Assembly (NCBI GenBank): GCA_964035545.1
Contig: OZ037768.1
Span: forward strand, 9,580,741 to 9,644,740
Length of the DNA: 64,000 nucleotides
Direction of reading: 5' to 3'
Source of the DNA: Bugula neritina
Lineage: Eukaryota > Animalia > Bryozoa
The notes beneath the pieces are model-generated. The model did no database searches. It worked only from the letters and a program-made list of their open reading frames with translations, and had not been told where the DNA came from. Within the stretch, counting starts at the first letter, position 1. Each line of letters begins with the position of its first letter. Below, piece after piece: positions 14,256 to 29,600 of the stretch. The position numbers were made by a program, and so were the translations under genes.

Positions 14256-15674
14256 GTGTGAGGTGAGCCATTATCCATCACACTGCCCTAAAGCAGCATG
14301 GAGAAAGTTGAGGTTCTTAAAAGGCCATTCCACACAAGACACGACACTCCTCGGGTCTGACAGTGATTAGACATGATGTTTGTAACTATCCAATGTTTCT
14401 AACCCATGACTATAAGCCAGTTCAAAGTTCAACAATCATTTACATAGTTTTATAATAAAGCTGAAAATGAGCTCAAACTGCATTAGAACTACCATGCACT
14501 TCATTTCCATATAGCAGCAAAAATGAATAATAAGGCTTTTATTTTAGAGTTGCTTCCATTCTTATGGAAGTTTATTGAATGGACATACAGGCTATAAGCA
14601 TTGCTCTTCTTTCCAGTCTTACACACTACTTTTACAGTTTACAAAAGTTTGTATGCTTTGATATTGCAGTTAACAATTTTCAGCCTTTCATAACTGTTAT
14701 ACTCTAAATTTGCTCTACATTTGGTACACAACTCTACAACATCTTACGTTATTCAGTTCTCTACAGCCCGTATTCCTGCATACAATACTTGAGCACTATG
14801 AGAATGATATGCCTTTGCTATGTTATGTCTGTGAGGTGGAAGAAGACAGTTGCTATATATTGACCTATAGCATTATTCACCATTCATTGAAGTGAAGCGT
14901 TGAACCGTTTCCACAACTGTGCAAGAGTTGATAAATCTAATGGTAAGCAGGCTTATATAACTGCTTAAAAATGCAGTCATGGGAGCAGCTTTTGATGATC
15001 TGAAGTTGTTTACACATGAATCGTAATCACTCCTAAAGTTATGTAACAATTGCATCAGCAGATTTCGAGAGGAAAATTGATGTAGTTGCAAGATTTTAAA
15101 GGAGAAAACTGTATAAATTTTTTTTCTTTACTATAGCAGGTCACTTGATTTTTTTTTAAATATGTTGTGTGTGTTATGTTGGACATGCTTACAACTTTAT
15201 CATTTCTAAATTAGTTTTGAGGTGAGATTGATGAAAGAAAGTAAATATCAAGTAAAAGTAAGTAACAGGTAAAGCTTACAATAGTTATTAAAAGATGAGC
15301 CTTCAATCTCATACTTTTTATACCTGCTTTTTGTTAAGGAGCACACATAGGTTACATACATTAGTAGAAGTCATTATCTAACACACTCTGTTTTCTGCAA
15401 ACTACATATATAATTATCATAATGCAGAGGAGCAAAAAGCTGCGTCATAGCAATCTGAAAAATTTAGTCAAGTCATCATGAAAATAAATATTTATTGCTA
15501 AAACTTTACATTGTGTAGATTTTACATCTTTTCCAGGTCACTAAATATCTATTGCTAGCTTGAGTTGGACTACATTCTTAGTTTCACATGAACATGTTTT
15601 ATGAAAGCTGAAAGTTTACTCATCAACAGTGAAGCTTGTAAAACTAATTTACCTGGTCTCTATGACCTAAATAA

Positions 15675-15677
<3 letters not shown>

Positions 15678-15716
<39 letters not shown>

Positions 15717-15755
15717 GCGTGTGCGCGCATTATATATATATACATATATATACAC
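15678..15755. repeat. (GT)n/(GTGC)n microsatellite followed by a short (AT)n run
   Basis: Directly visible. Confidence 0.95.
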
Positions 15756-18700
15756 GCAGTGACGATATACCATAAGGCTCCAGGCAGTAATTGATCCCAA
15801 TAAAACTACAAAAATTTACTTTTTAGTAACCCTTAAAACTGCAATATTCATTCATTGATCTGATTCATGTAGTAATTGTAGAGGTAGGTATCGTAATGGA
15901 GAATTGAGAAAAGCCAGCTTTTAGATGATGAATGTAGCAAAAGCAGTTATGGTTTTATGAGAGTTTCGCCCTTAGCACAAACCAAAATTCATTACAAAAG
16001 TTAAAGACCTTAGGCTATTGAAATGTTTGCACCTTTATGGGGCAATTGCTAAGAATAAAATTGTAGCTGTTGTATAATATCATAGTATCATTGTAAGGCT
16101 AAAGAGTCAGCTTCAATTCAGTATGTCAAAAGTTCATGCTGTAATTTTGGGACATAAACAGTTGAAGATCTACCTGTACATCCACAGTGTAAAAGCAGCG
16201 TTGTCTATGCTAATGAGAAATAAATGATGATTTTATATTCAGGGGTTTCAGCTAGAAGATAAACACCTGCGTTTCGGTGTTTTATTTAAACAAAAACAAT
16301 AGGCAACTATTATGCAGTTATATTACTCTATGTTGCTAAAAATATAGTTAACAGAGGTAGATTAAACTTAACTTTGAGGTATATCTATATATAAGCACCC
16401 ATGATGGTTTAAACCACTCGTAATCAGATTAAAAGGATAATTAATTTAAAACAAAACTATCATACTAGTACTATGCTTAGCTGCGTAAATTCAGCTGATT
16501 GAAGTAGACCACAATAATTGAAATATGCTTTAGTTTGCAGTTTTTACATCTATGGTTAGTGTTTCTGTTTTGAAGATATCAAGCTTTTATCCGAAATTTC
16601 AATAGAATGCAAAGGCTAAAATTTATTAATGCGATTGGTTTTTCAGCTTTCATCAATCAAGAAATATGATAATAGCCAATGGTGCCATCAAGTTTAAATA
16701 TCAAAAGTCTTTATCTTGTGTTGAAATGTTCACCAGGGTTTTGAAACAAAGTTCAAGTACAATAGATTAAAGCTAATTAACACAATACTGGTTATAAAGT
16801 TTTTTAACTGATAGCAGCGACATTAACAAAAGGTAGCTTCTAACATTTGACAACGTCTTAATTGTCATTTTCATGTTGTGGTTTTTCTTTCTCGTTCCAC
16901 AGGCCTGGTTTCTGTGCAGATAGATGGCAAGTTTGTAATCATACAAAACGATTTGTAGCAACTTTTTCTGGTTTCATATCCTTTTACTTAAGAGCTGGTA
17001 TAAGAGTTTCAAGCTGTTACTTAAATATGTTCCTAGTAACTTAACTTATATTTCCCTTTGTATGATGAAAGGGATAGATACTCAGAATTAGAGTGAAAAG
17101 GTAGGTTACTTCAGTGAAGAGCACCAAATCAGTAATAAACTATTTGGCAATTACTCAGCATCTGAAATGCTGGGTGTTAGAACAAAGTAAACTTTGCATC
17201 ATACCTTATATTCTATGCTAATAACAGGTTTTCTATCAGAGCAAAACCCACCAGCTTTAGAGTGTCATGTTAAGTATCCACTTTATAATCACATTTGTTT
17301 ATAAACTAGATGTTAGATAATGGAACAAGTTTTGCAGTTGAAACCCTTTAATTTCTTAGCAATTAGTTAATTAGGGTTGAAGTTGTTGCTTTTATATATA
17401 TGACTTGTGGGTGACACTATTTGACTCTTAACATCAATATTAACATCAATATAATGCTAAGAGCAAGGTAATAATATAATATTATTCTGACAATCAGCAG
17501 TAATGGTACATAAGGTTAATACACTTTATATAATAATAATTGAACAGCTATTTCCTTAAAAGGTAGTCCATCTCCTTTCCCATTTTTCTCTGAGTACTAT
17601 TGAGCTTGCAATATGATGCTTACCTTTATGCTAATACTACTAAACCTCTACTACAAGTAGAGGCAAAAGGAAGATTGCTATTTGAAGCTTGCCTGTTAGT
17701 ATTAGTGTTCAGAAAATTTTATTTTATAAAGTTTTTGTACAGGTTCCATCAAAGTTGTGAGTTGGCAGTCCAAAGTTGTACTGATTTTTACAGAAAATAG
17801 AAACAAACAATTGAAATCCGTGTATCATATCTATAATGATTGCTGTGACTTATTTTGGGAGAAATCATAACGAATCCTCAACGTATGTGGTATACAACAC
17901 ACCTGAACATTTCTCCTTGCAATTGATATAAAATTTGACGTGTTTAGGTAGCACATACATACTTGACACTTATTGTAAACTCACTAAGCGTTATAGATTA
18001 GCAAAAATATATACTGAAAAAGTTGAACTGAGAGTTTAAGGATTGAATGGTTAACTAGTTTATGTTCAAACTGACTAAATTTATCAACAAATAATTTATA
18101 CTGGTATTTTTACCATCGCTGTCATAGTCATTTTTTCGAGTTGATGTTGTTATTATTAAACCGTGTATCCAAGTAGTTCGAAAATCTATAAGCTTGTAAT
18201 TATCTTTAATGTTTCTCAAGTTGGAAAAATAGTTTTGTGTTAGAAAGTTTTCAAGGTAAATGAAAATTAGTTGCAGTTACTGCTATACTTGGCTTTAACA
18301 AAATTTGTTTACAAAATAAAATTTAACTGATTGTTTTACTTAGACTGAAATATTGCTAGCACACTAAGTTATATATAGAGGAGCTTTGTATTGTGTGAGA
18401 ACCAAGTTAATAGTTCTCCTGATCTATAAATAAGCAAATGTATTTATAGATAGATTGTATTATTTAGACTGTTGATTAAACAAATTTGCTGAATATTGTT
18501 CTACTACATTCCTAAATCCTAAAAAGAACCCCAGATCTTCAATAATTTACAGCTATTAAATAATTTAATGTAAAATAATGCATTATTTTAAATTAACTAT
18601 AATGGCAGAGTCTGCATCTGTTTATGCTCTAAGCAATCTATGTTTCTACTTGTATTTGTGCTTATAAATATTTTGTATTTTTGTTTGCTGGTTTAAGAAA

Positions 18701-19396
18701 TATTGATGAATTACAATTACCACTGGGATCTATTTGTGTAGCCTGCATGGGGTTTATAGTCAGTTTTCATTGTGTTTTATGACAAGTACCATTGTAATAG
18801 CTTGGCTCCACCCCCTTGCTCAGCATGAAGACTGTGGGCATTCTCAATAGCTATAGGTAAGAGTTTGCTCATATCGATCTAAGGCTAAGTTTTAGTTGCA
18901 TTATCATATGTCACACTTCCATTATGGCCATTACTAGCAGCCAACACTCCTGTTAGTGGTGTTGTGGTGAACCTTCCATACAACATTATGTAATGCTGAT
19001 AAGAAAAATGATTTCGCAAAGTGTTAACCAATAGCAATATCTTTTAGCAAGCACAAAAAGGTGAGTGATTCAATATTTTCTAATTAGTTTTTGTATGTCA
19101 TATAACAAGGTGGGAATACAAAGCTGCATTTCAATGAAGTCCGGGTTCCACTAGTTATTGCAGCAGAAGAATGTCTTGATTTACAAACTGTTATAAACGC
19201 ATCTTGAGTTCAGGCTTTTAGCCAACAATTTAAAGCTTCCTGGTCATGCAGATTTATGAAGCCACAATATTTTGGTAAGCAATGCTTTTGTAACACATGC
19301 ACAGATGTTTGAGTAGAAAGAGTTTTTTAATTTTAAGTTTTCAAGTTAAGTTTGGAATGCTTTTGCTAAAATTTGACAACTTGATCAAATTTGGAC

Positions 19397-19903
19397 GGTG
19401 ACATGATATTTCAAAAATGGCAATTGGAAAACACCTATTTGGAAAACAGACAAATAACCTATAGACAACTCTAAAATAGACAATCAGAAAATGGACTATT
19501 GAAAAATAGACAATTAGAAAATAACATTTGGAAAATGAAGAATATTAAACATGGCTTAGTTCAGAGGGGGCGTTCAGCATCTGGTCGGGTTCAAAATAGC
19601 TTTCAAAAATGAATATAATGGCCGAATCAGTTGGGCTATCATGGAGGTAGAATTAGTTATCGAATAGTTTCAATTTAAGATTGCCCACGTTTACAATCGG
19701 CTATATTGAATCTTGCCAGATGCTAAACGCCACTTCCTCACTAGACCATGTTGAATATTCTTCATTTTTTGAATGTCATTTTCCAAACGGTCATTTTCCA
19801 AATGTCCATTTTCTAATTGTTTATTTTAGAGCTGTCTATTGGTGGTTTGTCCATTTTCCAAATAGATATTTTCCAGTTGTCATTTTCGAAATGTCACGGA
19901 TTC
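19397..19903. mobile_element. Non-autonomous foldback DNA transposon (MITE), Mutator-like
   Basis: Imperfect inverted arms of about 210 bp: the left arm begins GGTGACATGATATTTCAAAAATGGCAATTGGAAAA and the right arm ends TTTTCCAGTTGTCATTTTCGAAATGTCACGGATTC. The arms are built from ~15-bp GGAAAATGGACAATT-like units. A 9-bp direct repeat AATTTGGAC lies at 19388-19396 and 19904-19912. Confidence 0.8.
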
Positions 19904-22900
19904 AATTTGGACAGGATCACTTTTGATGTGCAAATTTGTTAATTATAGAACCAACACTGTGAAAGAAAAACACACTTACATAACACACTTAAGAGAACTA
20001 AAAGACATGTACAATATACAGCTACATCTAATTTTGTCACTATAATACTTCCTTCTTGAACATAAATAATATGCTAATATATTACCAGATAATATTGCCA
20101 TTTTACAAAAACTTTTGAAAAATTTCTTTTGATTGTATGAAAGCAATACATCTATACCAATTATCAATACTGCTAAACTAGTAAGTAAATAGTTCAGCTA
20201 GCAGTCTGTTTAAGGATTGATTATAATATTTTAATTATTACTAGCATTCTTTCATAAACCGAATTTTGGTAGAATTTACTTTTTATTAAATAAATAACGT
20301 GTAAACATTTGCGCTAATTAAATTATCATGCTATTTCACACTATGACATTAAATGAAAGTTTATTTTCAAACAAGCTAAATTACAGTTCTACAGTCTCCT
20401 CACTAAATTCCTAATTACTAATCATCACTAGAAATATTAGTATTAAAATAATCCTTCATGTTTCAGCATATGAAACCAAATAGTTGCTGTCATATTTGGT
20501 GTCAAGGGTACAATAAGGTGCATGTGACATGTAGGAACAGGTTTGTTCACTGTAGGTATAGCAGAGGTTACCTGCATTAGACAAGTATCACCAACAGGTT
20601 TATATGTAGGTACTTGAGGAGAGGTGTCCATAATATAGATATGTCTATGCCTTAGCTAGTAAGTGCAATATAACAAACTATATGGCCATCTACTATTAGT
20701 AGTTATTAATAGATTCATGCAGGCACTGAAACAATTGTCGGTACTGGAGTGTAGGTGTCTAGATGCGCACATCCATGTATTATAGCGGAGTTTTGACTGT
20801 ACAAGTTTAATATAACATAACATCTGATACAAGACACCAAATAAGTCAGGCATGCAAGTAATGAATAAATGAATAGCTTGCTTTTTGAGTTTTTCGGAAC
20901 ATAAAATGAATGTTTTCTGCAACTTTATCCACAAAGAGTATTGTTGATCTGCTAAATAAGCATACAAAAGGCCATGTGATTCTTGACTTTTATTCAGAAA
21001 TAATCATGATAGTGACCAGTGAATCGCATTCACATGGTTTTCTATAAGTTTATCACCCATCAGTTGAATACGTTTATAGAATGTTTTGTTTGGAAATTGG
21101 TCAGAAGACTACACGTGTTACTTTTATAGCTTAAGATTCACAATCAGCTTTAAAACTACCCAGTTTTGTGAAGTATGCAGTGCACCTGAAGCACCCAAAA
21201 TGAAATCGGTAAGAAATTAGTGCTTCAAACTGATGAAATGTGTTTCAAAATATTAACTTAAATTATTTTAAACCTGTGCACAATTAATTTTGAATTAGCT
21301 GAAAATAAACTAAAACAACTCTGCAACTTTTTTTTGTATATCCATTTGTAATGAAAGGAGAATTGCAACATTTTAAATTAGCACACTATAAGCATGAACA
21401 AGGCACTGTGCATAAAGGAAAAACCAAATGCATGCAACTTAAATCAATTTTCTTGCAAATCGGCCATTTTATAGGTCAATCCTAAAACTGACAGTGCTAA
21501 TTTAAAGTTTTCAGAGTTTTATAAAAATTTACACATCATATATGCATATGCATGTTTACATATAAAATCTGCTAATCTGTAATCATTAAACAAATTATAT
21601 ATAACAACTTTAATTGAACTACTCAGTGAAGTAAACTTAGAATATATAACAACTCATATATAATAAATGGTTCAACTTCAATATATATATGATATATCGA
21701 AAAAATAACATGTATGCATTATATTTATGTACATAGATAGCATTTATAATGCAGTATTACTATAACACATGCATGTTCACATTATATACAAAAGTGTTCA
21801 CTTTTCTTTTACTCCATTGCACAGTTGATAATATAATATAAACTAAAATGTAATACTCTGTTTAGATTGATTAATGGCAGAAGATCTATTTACTAATTTC
21901 CATATATACATATCAATAGTGCACCAAATAAACAATGTCATTTGATTTGTCAAGATGAATGTTTATATTTCAGATTATCTCTCGCTTCCTGTATAATCTA
22001 ACTTATACAAGTTTATAACTGTTGATGCATAGAAATCAATAAGAAAGTTGTATTAACATGAAGCTAACTTATTGAATGTATTTGTAATACAAATAGACAA
22101 ATCTTTTTCTAGTTCTGTTAATGAGAATGAGAGTAGCTGCTGCCTCATTTATCATCCATACGTGCTACAACATATTCTAAAACAGTTCATTTCAATAGCA
22201 GTACAAAAATGATATTATTCAATGTTATTTGAAAGATGTGATCCAATGCTATAAAATGGAGCAACAATGAATTCAAACCTCTCCTTTTATGTAATAAAAC
22301 TTTTCTATACCTATATATTTTATTTCTCAAGGGTGGGACAGACAGTGTAATAATTATGCATGTCCATATAGTATATTAGTCACACGATAGCAAAATGAAA
22401 GATGCAATATACAGCAAATAAGAACACAAACTATTTGTTAAGACTTTTGTAAAATCTTAAGATTTTGAGGCAAGTGTTTATTTATAAGATGGTTTGAGGG
22501 CAAGCAGATAATTATTCTGTTGCTATATATCTATAAGCAATCTAAAGTGTAAAATTTTTGAAACACCGACACTTTATTGAAAAGTCAAAAGTTAAAATTA
22601 AGAAACCATAAAACTCAAATTACTGAAAGTAAGTTAAGACAGTTGATCTTACGTGTGACCTATTTTTTCAGAATTTAATCTGCCTGACATAATTTGCATC
22701 ATCTGTTAATTGCATTATTACTGCCTCCTACAGTGATATAATGCTGCATACAGTGTCCCACAGCGCATAAACTAACAATTAGAATAATTTCTTAAACAGA
22801 TCAGAGTCTTTCATTTAGATGACATCTCTTAGCCCTCGGAGACCTGCTAATTGACATAATGCCCACATTCCCAATACACTTGTGAACTTAGGCACATAAC

Positions 22901-23295
22901 GCATTTATACAGCTGCTACAAAACTGTTGACATGAATTCTCAAAAGTTCACATTAGATTTAATAATCCATTAGAACAAGTATTATTGCAGCGTTAATCAG
23001 GAGCTTTACGACTACATCAATTCCATAAAAGCTAAACAAGATGAATGATGGGCAATCATTCTGCTCCATACAAATAACATACATCAGTCTGACCTAAAAT
23101 ATTATTTCTTGTCGCTAAAATCTTGGTTCTGCCAAGGCTTCTAAAATTAGGTAAACTTAAAACTAGAAAAAACATTTTATGAAAAGGAATTTGAATTAAG
23201 ATGTTTTTACTAGTTTTCATAGATTTCTTTTTTATTTTTCTACGCAACCACCTAGATTATAGAAAGCTCACTGAAATTCAATATATTGCCATTAC

Positions 23296-23335
23296 ATGCT
23301 ATGCTATGCTATGCTATGCTATGCTATGCTATGCT
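23296..23335. repeat. (ATGCT)8 pentanucleotide microsatellite
   Basis: Directly visible. Confidence 0.95.
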
Positions 23336-23602
23336 AGACTCAGTGTGTATTTTACAATCATAATCTTATAGTTCTATAGTGAATACTCAATCTAAGCCAG
23401 CCTTTCCAAAGCAATATAATTGGTTTTAGGTTCAACTTTGACATTTTAAAAATTGAAATTAAGGTTTCTTAGCGCACATTACAATAAATTTCATGAACAC
23501 AATATATAATGATGTATTATTCAAGACAAAAAATGAACAATACCTGGTTTGCTTTTTTACTGCTTTATGTATAAAACTGCTAAATTAATATTTCAGGTGA
23601 AT

Positions 23603-26600
23603 ATGGTAGATCCTTCCACGAAATCTTCTTATTCAGGTTCTAAGTCTAAAAAAGAAGACTTGGACAAATACTTGAGCGGTGCTCTTCTCATTTGGGAAGA
23701 GACAAAAAAGAAATGGAGGAAGTTAAATATCAAGAAGCTATATTCAAATAATTCATCTATATACTTCTTGGTTGAATTATTCTGTCAAAATGCCGGAGTC
23801 ACTATTGGGTATTATTTACTGTATCTTGCCTTTGGCATGTGTGTCGGCTTTCTCGGACCTACCATGGAGGATTTAGCGTGCTATACTCGGCAAACAGTGC
23901 AGGAAATATCTTGGGCATTCTTTACACAAACGGCTTGCATGGTCATAGGTATATTTATCGCTGGATGGGTTTCCAAAAAGTAAGTTATTTTATTACCATA
24001 TAAGCACATATACATGATATATATAGCATACGATTTGTATCATGTATATATCATATATGATATGTGTCATATATATTGTATATGATACACATAATATATG
24101 GTATACATCCTATATGATATACTATATCATATATCTATATATGAACACACGACTGTGTATTAGAATAGTTATCACAGGGGGTTTGAGGGAGCGGTAAACA
24201 AACATGCAGTGTCTTTCTATAAAATACTGTAGATGCTAGATAATTTATTCTCACTTGACATTTGACTGTGAATCCCATAGCCAATATACATATACATGTG
24301 TGTAATGTGTATTGTGTACATAATGATGGCAACATGAATTTTAAACCTGGTCAAGTAGTAATCATTGGAGGAGAATTGTGAGATGGTATGTTGGTAACTT
24401 GATGATAATTTAAGGTGTGAGGTGTACAGGCTACTTAACCTCTATGTAGATTAAAAAAAGCATAGCATAATATCTCCTGTAAAACACAGGCAGTGGTGTT
24501 AGTTCTACTTCAGGGTATGTGTCATGAGAAAATACAAGTCATTTATGCTTGTGCCACTATCATTTTCTTATAACAGTGTTTATACCCATTTTGCTATAGC
24601 AACATCCTATGGACATGTACATTAACCTGATCATATAACCAAATATTATTATGAGCTGAAGGTTGTTTAAATTTAAAGAAATTCAGGATAACAGTGAAAG
24701 TACACAATATGAGATATGCTGAGATGAAAGGCTATTGCTAAGAAATAGTATATTATTGTTTTATTACAATAATTATACTTTAAAAATAGCTCAGTGCATG
24801 CAATAATATAAATTTTTAGGCGAAGTACTGAAATTTTTATTTGTTGTATTTAAACTAACATTTAATTTGTAAAGCTTAGTAAATAGTATTTATTTACTAA
24901 GCTTTACTAAGCAGTTACTATTTAAACCTGATGATATTTAGACATAAATTATGTTTATTTCAGGACTGCACAATCTAATAATAATTTATGTAGCAGCAGG
25001 TAAGAGCTAGTCATCTTCAATTTGCTAAGAAGTTTGTCTGGGCTGTGTTATGGTAAGCATGCTGGGTGTAGATGTGCCCCAGCCTGCGGGTTATGTCCTT
25101 TGGTGCATTTTAAAAATATCAAATGCAAAAGTATTAAAAGAGTTTCTATTTGTTTAGACGTCTTTTAGAATCTTAGCATTGTTTGACAGCTACAGAATAA
25201 AAGAGAATTGTTTTTTTTTTGTTAAGCAATGCATAATGTGGGTGAGGCAGCGCTGCATTTAGTCTAGGGTTTGTTTTATAAACATTCCAAAGCTTACTGA
25301 AAAGATAGGAATGAGTAGCAAAAGCTTGGCAAGAGTTAGGTTAGCATTGGTGGTGTAGTTGAGTGGCTAAGAGTTTGCTCATCAACTTTAAGCATGTTGC
25401 TGCTGTAATTCAGTAAATTTGTTCTTTTCTTCATAAAAAAATGTCTTTGAAGAAAGTTCGATTGATGTCATATTTTACTCTTTTGGCATTGAAGAAAACC
25501 CTCTAGTAACTTTTATTTTGTGACAAAAAGATGTAGGTTAATAAAACAATAAAGCACATTAGTGCAGGATTGCTCTTGACATAAAATAATCCTATGGCTA
25601 AACACATTTCTCTAAATATATAAAAGTTATTTATACTTATACACGCTAAATTTGAAAATCCCTTGAAAAATTCTACAATAAACAGAAAATATTTTAAAAA
25701 GTAAAAACATTATCTTGTAATGTATTTGATACACTTTACTTACTAATAAAAAGTTTAACTTTTATTGTATTAGTTTTCTGCCCTTGGCAGAGCCTCTCTA
25801 CGCTTTAAGAATCGTAACTATAAATAATTATTAAATTACAAAGTGCTGTATTTTTCCTAACCCGTCATGCCAAAAAATAGCACGTATATCAGCCATTACA
25901 ATACAAAACATCTATTATGGGCACGGGCATATGATTATTATAAGGGTAGCATTATAATGACGTACAGAAACAGATACAGCTAGTAACTACTTTTGGTGAA
26001 TATGGTTTTAGCTTTTATTAAATTATAAAACTTAGGTTAGCTAAAGCAACATTCATAACAATCAACTGGGAGGTTTTTGTATACATGAAATAACGTCGCA
26101 CGGGTAGCTTTAAAAATCGACAAATGGTTTACGATCATAATATTAACTTTGTAATCACGTGTACATCGTTTCTCAAAAATGAATCAATTATCTACAGCAC
26201 ATTAGGCAAATATACAACATTAGATATTGGTGAAGAAAAAGAAACTAAAACAATTTCCATAGCCTGAGCTCTTTCAGCTATAACAAAAATCTTAGTTTAT
26301 TATACAAGTTTGTGTTATTTGATTAGCTTGAGATTTAAAATAATTTGTTAAACATATTGACTTGGCCATTAAAAATGAAAATATTTGTGCAACACTTTTC
26401 ACTAAATTGCAAATGCTCTATAATATTATGACTTATGAGTATAATGTCTGTTGCAACAATTATAACTGCTTACAGAGCCTTTATATAATAAAAGTAGTAG
26501 TTTGAAAATATAAAGATATTTCTTAACGCTGCAGCTATATAAACCATGGCTTTACATATACTTGCATAAAATCAAAAATAGTTACATCTCGAACCTTTTC

Positions 26601-29600
26601 ATAATTTTTACAAATTTGCTACTTAAACTATGCGTACATGTATATAGTTATGGTGCTATACATCACTACAGGTGGTCGCAGCATGCTTCTAGCACCAGTT
26701 AATAAGGAAGAGGCTCAAGTTTAATAATTTTGCATATATTTGAAAGTGTATAGCACTGTAAACGTGCTGCACATCTGTTTATCTATAAGACTGTTTGCTT
26801 GCAAACTGAATTCAAGGTGACTGAGGTTTATAACTTACTTGTGCAAATTTTGGCATCAAAATAAAATTTCTCATGGCTCAAAACTTTTCAATAAATTATT
26901 TGTAAAAAAAGGTATTCTTTGCATCAAACCTTGTTGCGTCACAATATAAGCATCTTGAAACTGATGCTGATGGCAGCCACTGGACTAAATAGAATTGTTT
27001 ATAAATTTTACCATTATCAGCTTAAAGTTTATATTTTATATGCCATGTACACATCAGCGTAGCATAACGTATATCATTACCCTTAGCTACCTGTCTATAC
27101 CCTTAACACCTTGCATTAGAGCTATAACATGCGCGAATGTACGTGTTACGGGCTAGCCGAATGTGTGAATGCGTTTTGTATGTGTTCAGTGTATAGTCTG
27201 TGTATCTGCTACATCAATATGCTCTTAACATTCCACTGAACGCTTCACACACAAAAATGTTATTTTTAGGTTATCTGGAGACTTGATTTTGCTGGTAGCT
27301 GTGATATTTCTCCCCATAACACTGGTTGTAGTTATATTCTGTACAGATGTCTTTCCACTGTGTATCGATATGGGCATTATGGGTATTGCAATGGGAGCTA
27401 TAGATTGTCTAGCGAATCTCCAACTAGTGCAGATCTACGGCAAAGCTGTTGCTCCGTTCCTTCAAGTAATTCTCATACATTGCGTGTTTAACAGTAACAG
27501 TTTATATACATATAAGTTGCTGTTAATATAGTTGATTCAAAGTTTCAGCTTTTTTTTAAAAAGTTGCCCCTATTATTATAAGTTGTTGGTGCTTCTGTAT
27601 AAGATTATTAAGAAATATATTAAAATTTTAAAAATATTTAATGAGCAACTGTAATATTTTGATTAAGTAAGATGAAGACTGAAAATTCAACTTTAGCCTA
27701 CATTATAAATGACTGTCAACTTGTATTGTCTAATTTTATTAGAAATAAATTGTAATGATAGCAACTAAAAGCTAACCTATCACTACTAAAAACTACTACA
27801 CTACTGAATATTCATGCTTTGCATTAAATGCACAAATATATGCTACAAGTTATATAGATTTTTATTCCTTCATCAGACTCTTTGGTACCGATATTGTTGA
27901 TTGAATGTTTAGTTTTAAGTTATGCTGTTGAACTATATTATCCATACTTGTAACTCATGATATTATCAACTTTGTAGGCACTGCACTTCTTTTATGGAAT
28001 TGGTGCTTTAATCAGTCCACTTATCGCAGAGCCGTTTCTCATTAATAAGGATTGTTCCATGTGGGTTTCTCGGCTTAGGCACTACCTTTTAGAAATGGAA
28101 GAAAACTCCGAAGTATCAATGAATGACACGAGGATCACCCAGACTAAGCTAGCAATGTTACAAAACATAGATGAGGATCTTAAAGTTACTAACGCATTTT
28201 GGATTTTGGCAGCAGTGCAGGTAGTTTTGCGTCTGATATTTAATGGCCTTTTAGTAACGCAGCAACTCTGCATAAATATCTTGATTTTGCTTAGCAAGTT
28301 TATTATGACTATTTACAAATTGATAACAAGTTTCCTGTATTTGACTACAATACTTGGGTAATCATTATAAACATGATATTCTTATGCGTTTAGGAGTAGT
28401 TTTTCTAAGTTTCAGTTTCAAGCTATTGAATAGTTGATAGAAATATTATGTAACTTCGCATTGCCTTTTTTGCGTTGTGTGGGAGAGGCTCACGTAAAGA
28501 GCAAAAGAATATAGAGATTGAAAGACAAAACAAATGCTTTTGTAAATATAGAACCTTTGAATGACGTTTGTTGAGCCTGCAGCCTTAATACAAAATTAAA
28601 ACAAAGGTGTGTTTAGCTTGTGTGCACTTTGGCTGTCTCTGGTACTTGTAGGTCCCTATAGTGATATACTGGCTGGTAATAGTGATTAAAACTGGATGTC
28701 GAGTAAAAACTGTAGATCCATCTTTTAAGAAATTAGTGAATTCTGAAAGCAGGCCAATTTTAGAGCAAATTGAAGATAAAGGTAAGTGAATAGCCAATAT
28801 CAAGTAATGTTTTGTTGCATATCAGACAGTTAGAGTTGCTTTTTCATTGATGCAAGTTTTGGGAGCTTTCATTCCGCAAGTCCTGAACTAAAATTTAGAT
28901 AAATTAGATACGTTATAATAATAACTATTTTAGCTAATTTTAAAGATGAGTTAATAGTTTATACAGCTTACTAGAAAATCATGTAACATTTGCTATATGA
29001 TACTATAGTTGATGGATGATTACTACAAAAATATCATTGAAATTTATTTACATTGATGTAAGTGCGGCCTCTGGTGCAATAATCTCTTCTATTTCAACTA
29101 TTCTTTCAAAATTATTGTTTTATGATTTGCATCCTTACTTGATCAACTAAGTAGAAAAAGGACAATAAAAGCTATTTTATCTGTTTAATAAGGAATGACA
29201 TTTACAATGTTACTTTTCTGCCAAATAGTCTCTACAGTTTTGCACATAATTTAGAAAAAAAGGCAGCAGAAAAGAAGAACCTCAAAGAGCAATGGAAACA
29301 ATACCTTAACGATTTCCAGGGTTCATATTCAATACAGTTTAGCAAAGCAGCCCTGTTAACATTTGCTGCTTGCGCCACTGTGTTTCTTTACGATGGTTTA
29401 CAGGTTGGTTCACAGTATAAGATTTACACCTATATCAATGCAAGGAACCAAACTTTGAGAAAAAAATATAAAAGAAAACAATTTATCTAGTTTGTGATAT
29501 AACAAATAAACTTCAAGTTATTATTTGATGAAAGTTTTCTATTCAAGATATATACATAACATATAGAACAATAACATAGTAGAATAATAACATAGTAGAA

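Noticed and set aside
13800-23500. Additional protein-coding gene between NOL4 and MFSD4 (for example ORFs 14873-15091, 20443-20631 and 20656-20967, and a strong acceptor near 16901)
   Set aside because: No recognisable domains and no phase-consistent exon chain; the region may hold non-coding 5' exons of MFSD4, which cannot be placed without transcripts.
25345-25400. tRNA/SINE A-box-like GTAGTTGAGTGGCTAAGAG
   Set aside because: No B box or SINE body follows.
25860-27160. Helitron-like end motifs (CGTCGCACGGGT near 26094, TTACGGGCTAG near 27147, TATATAATAAAAG near 26482)
   Set aside because: No complete 3' hairpin plus CTRR end paired with a TC 5' end could be assembled; too degenerate to call.
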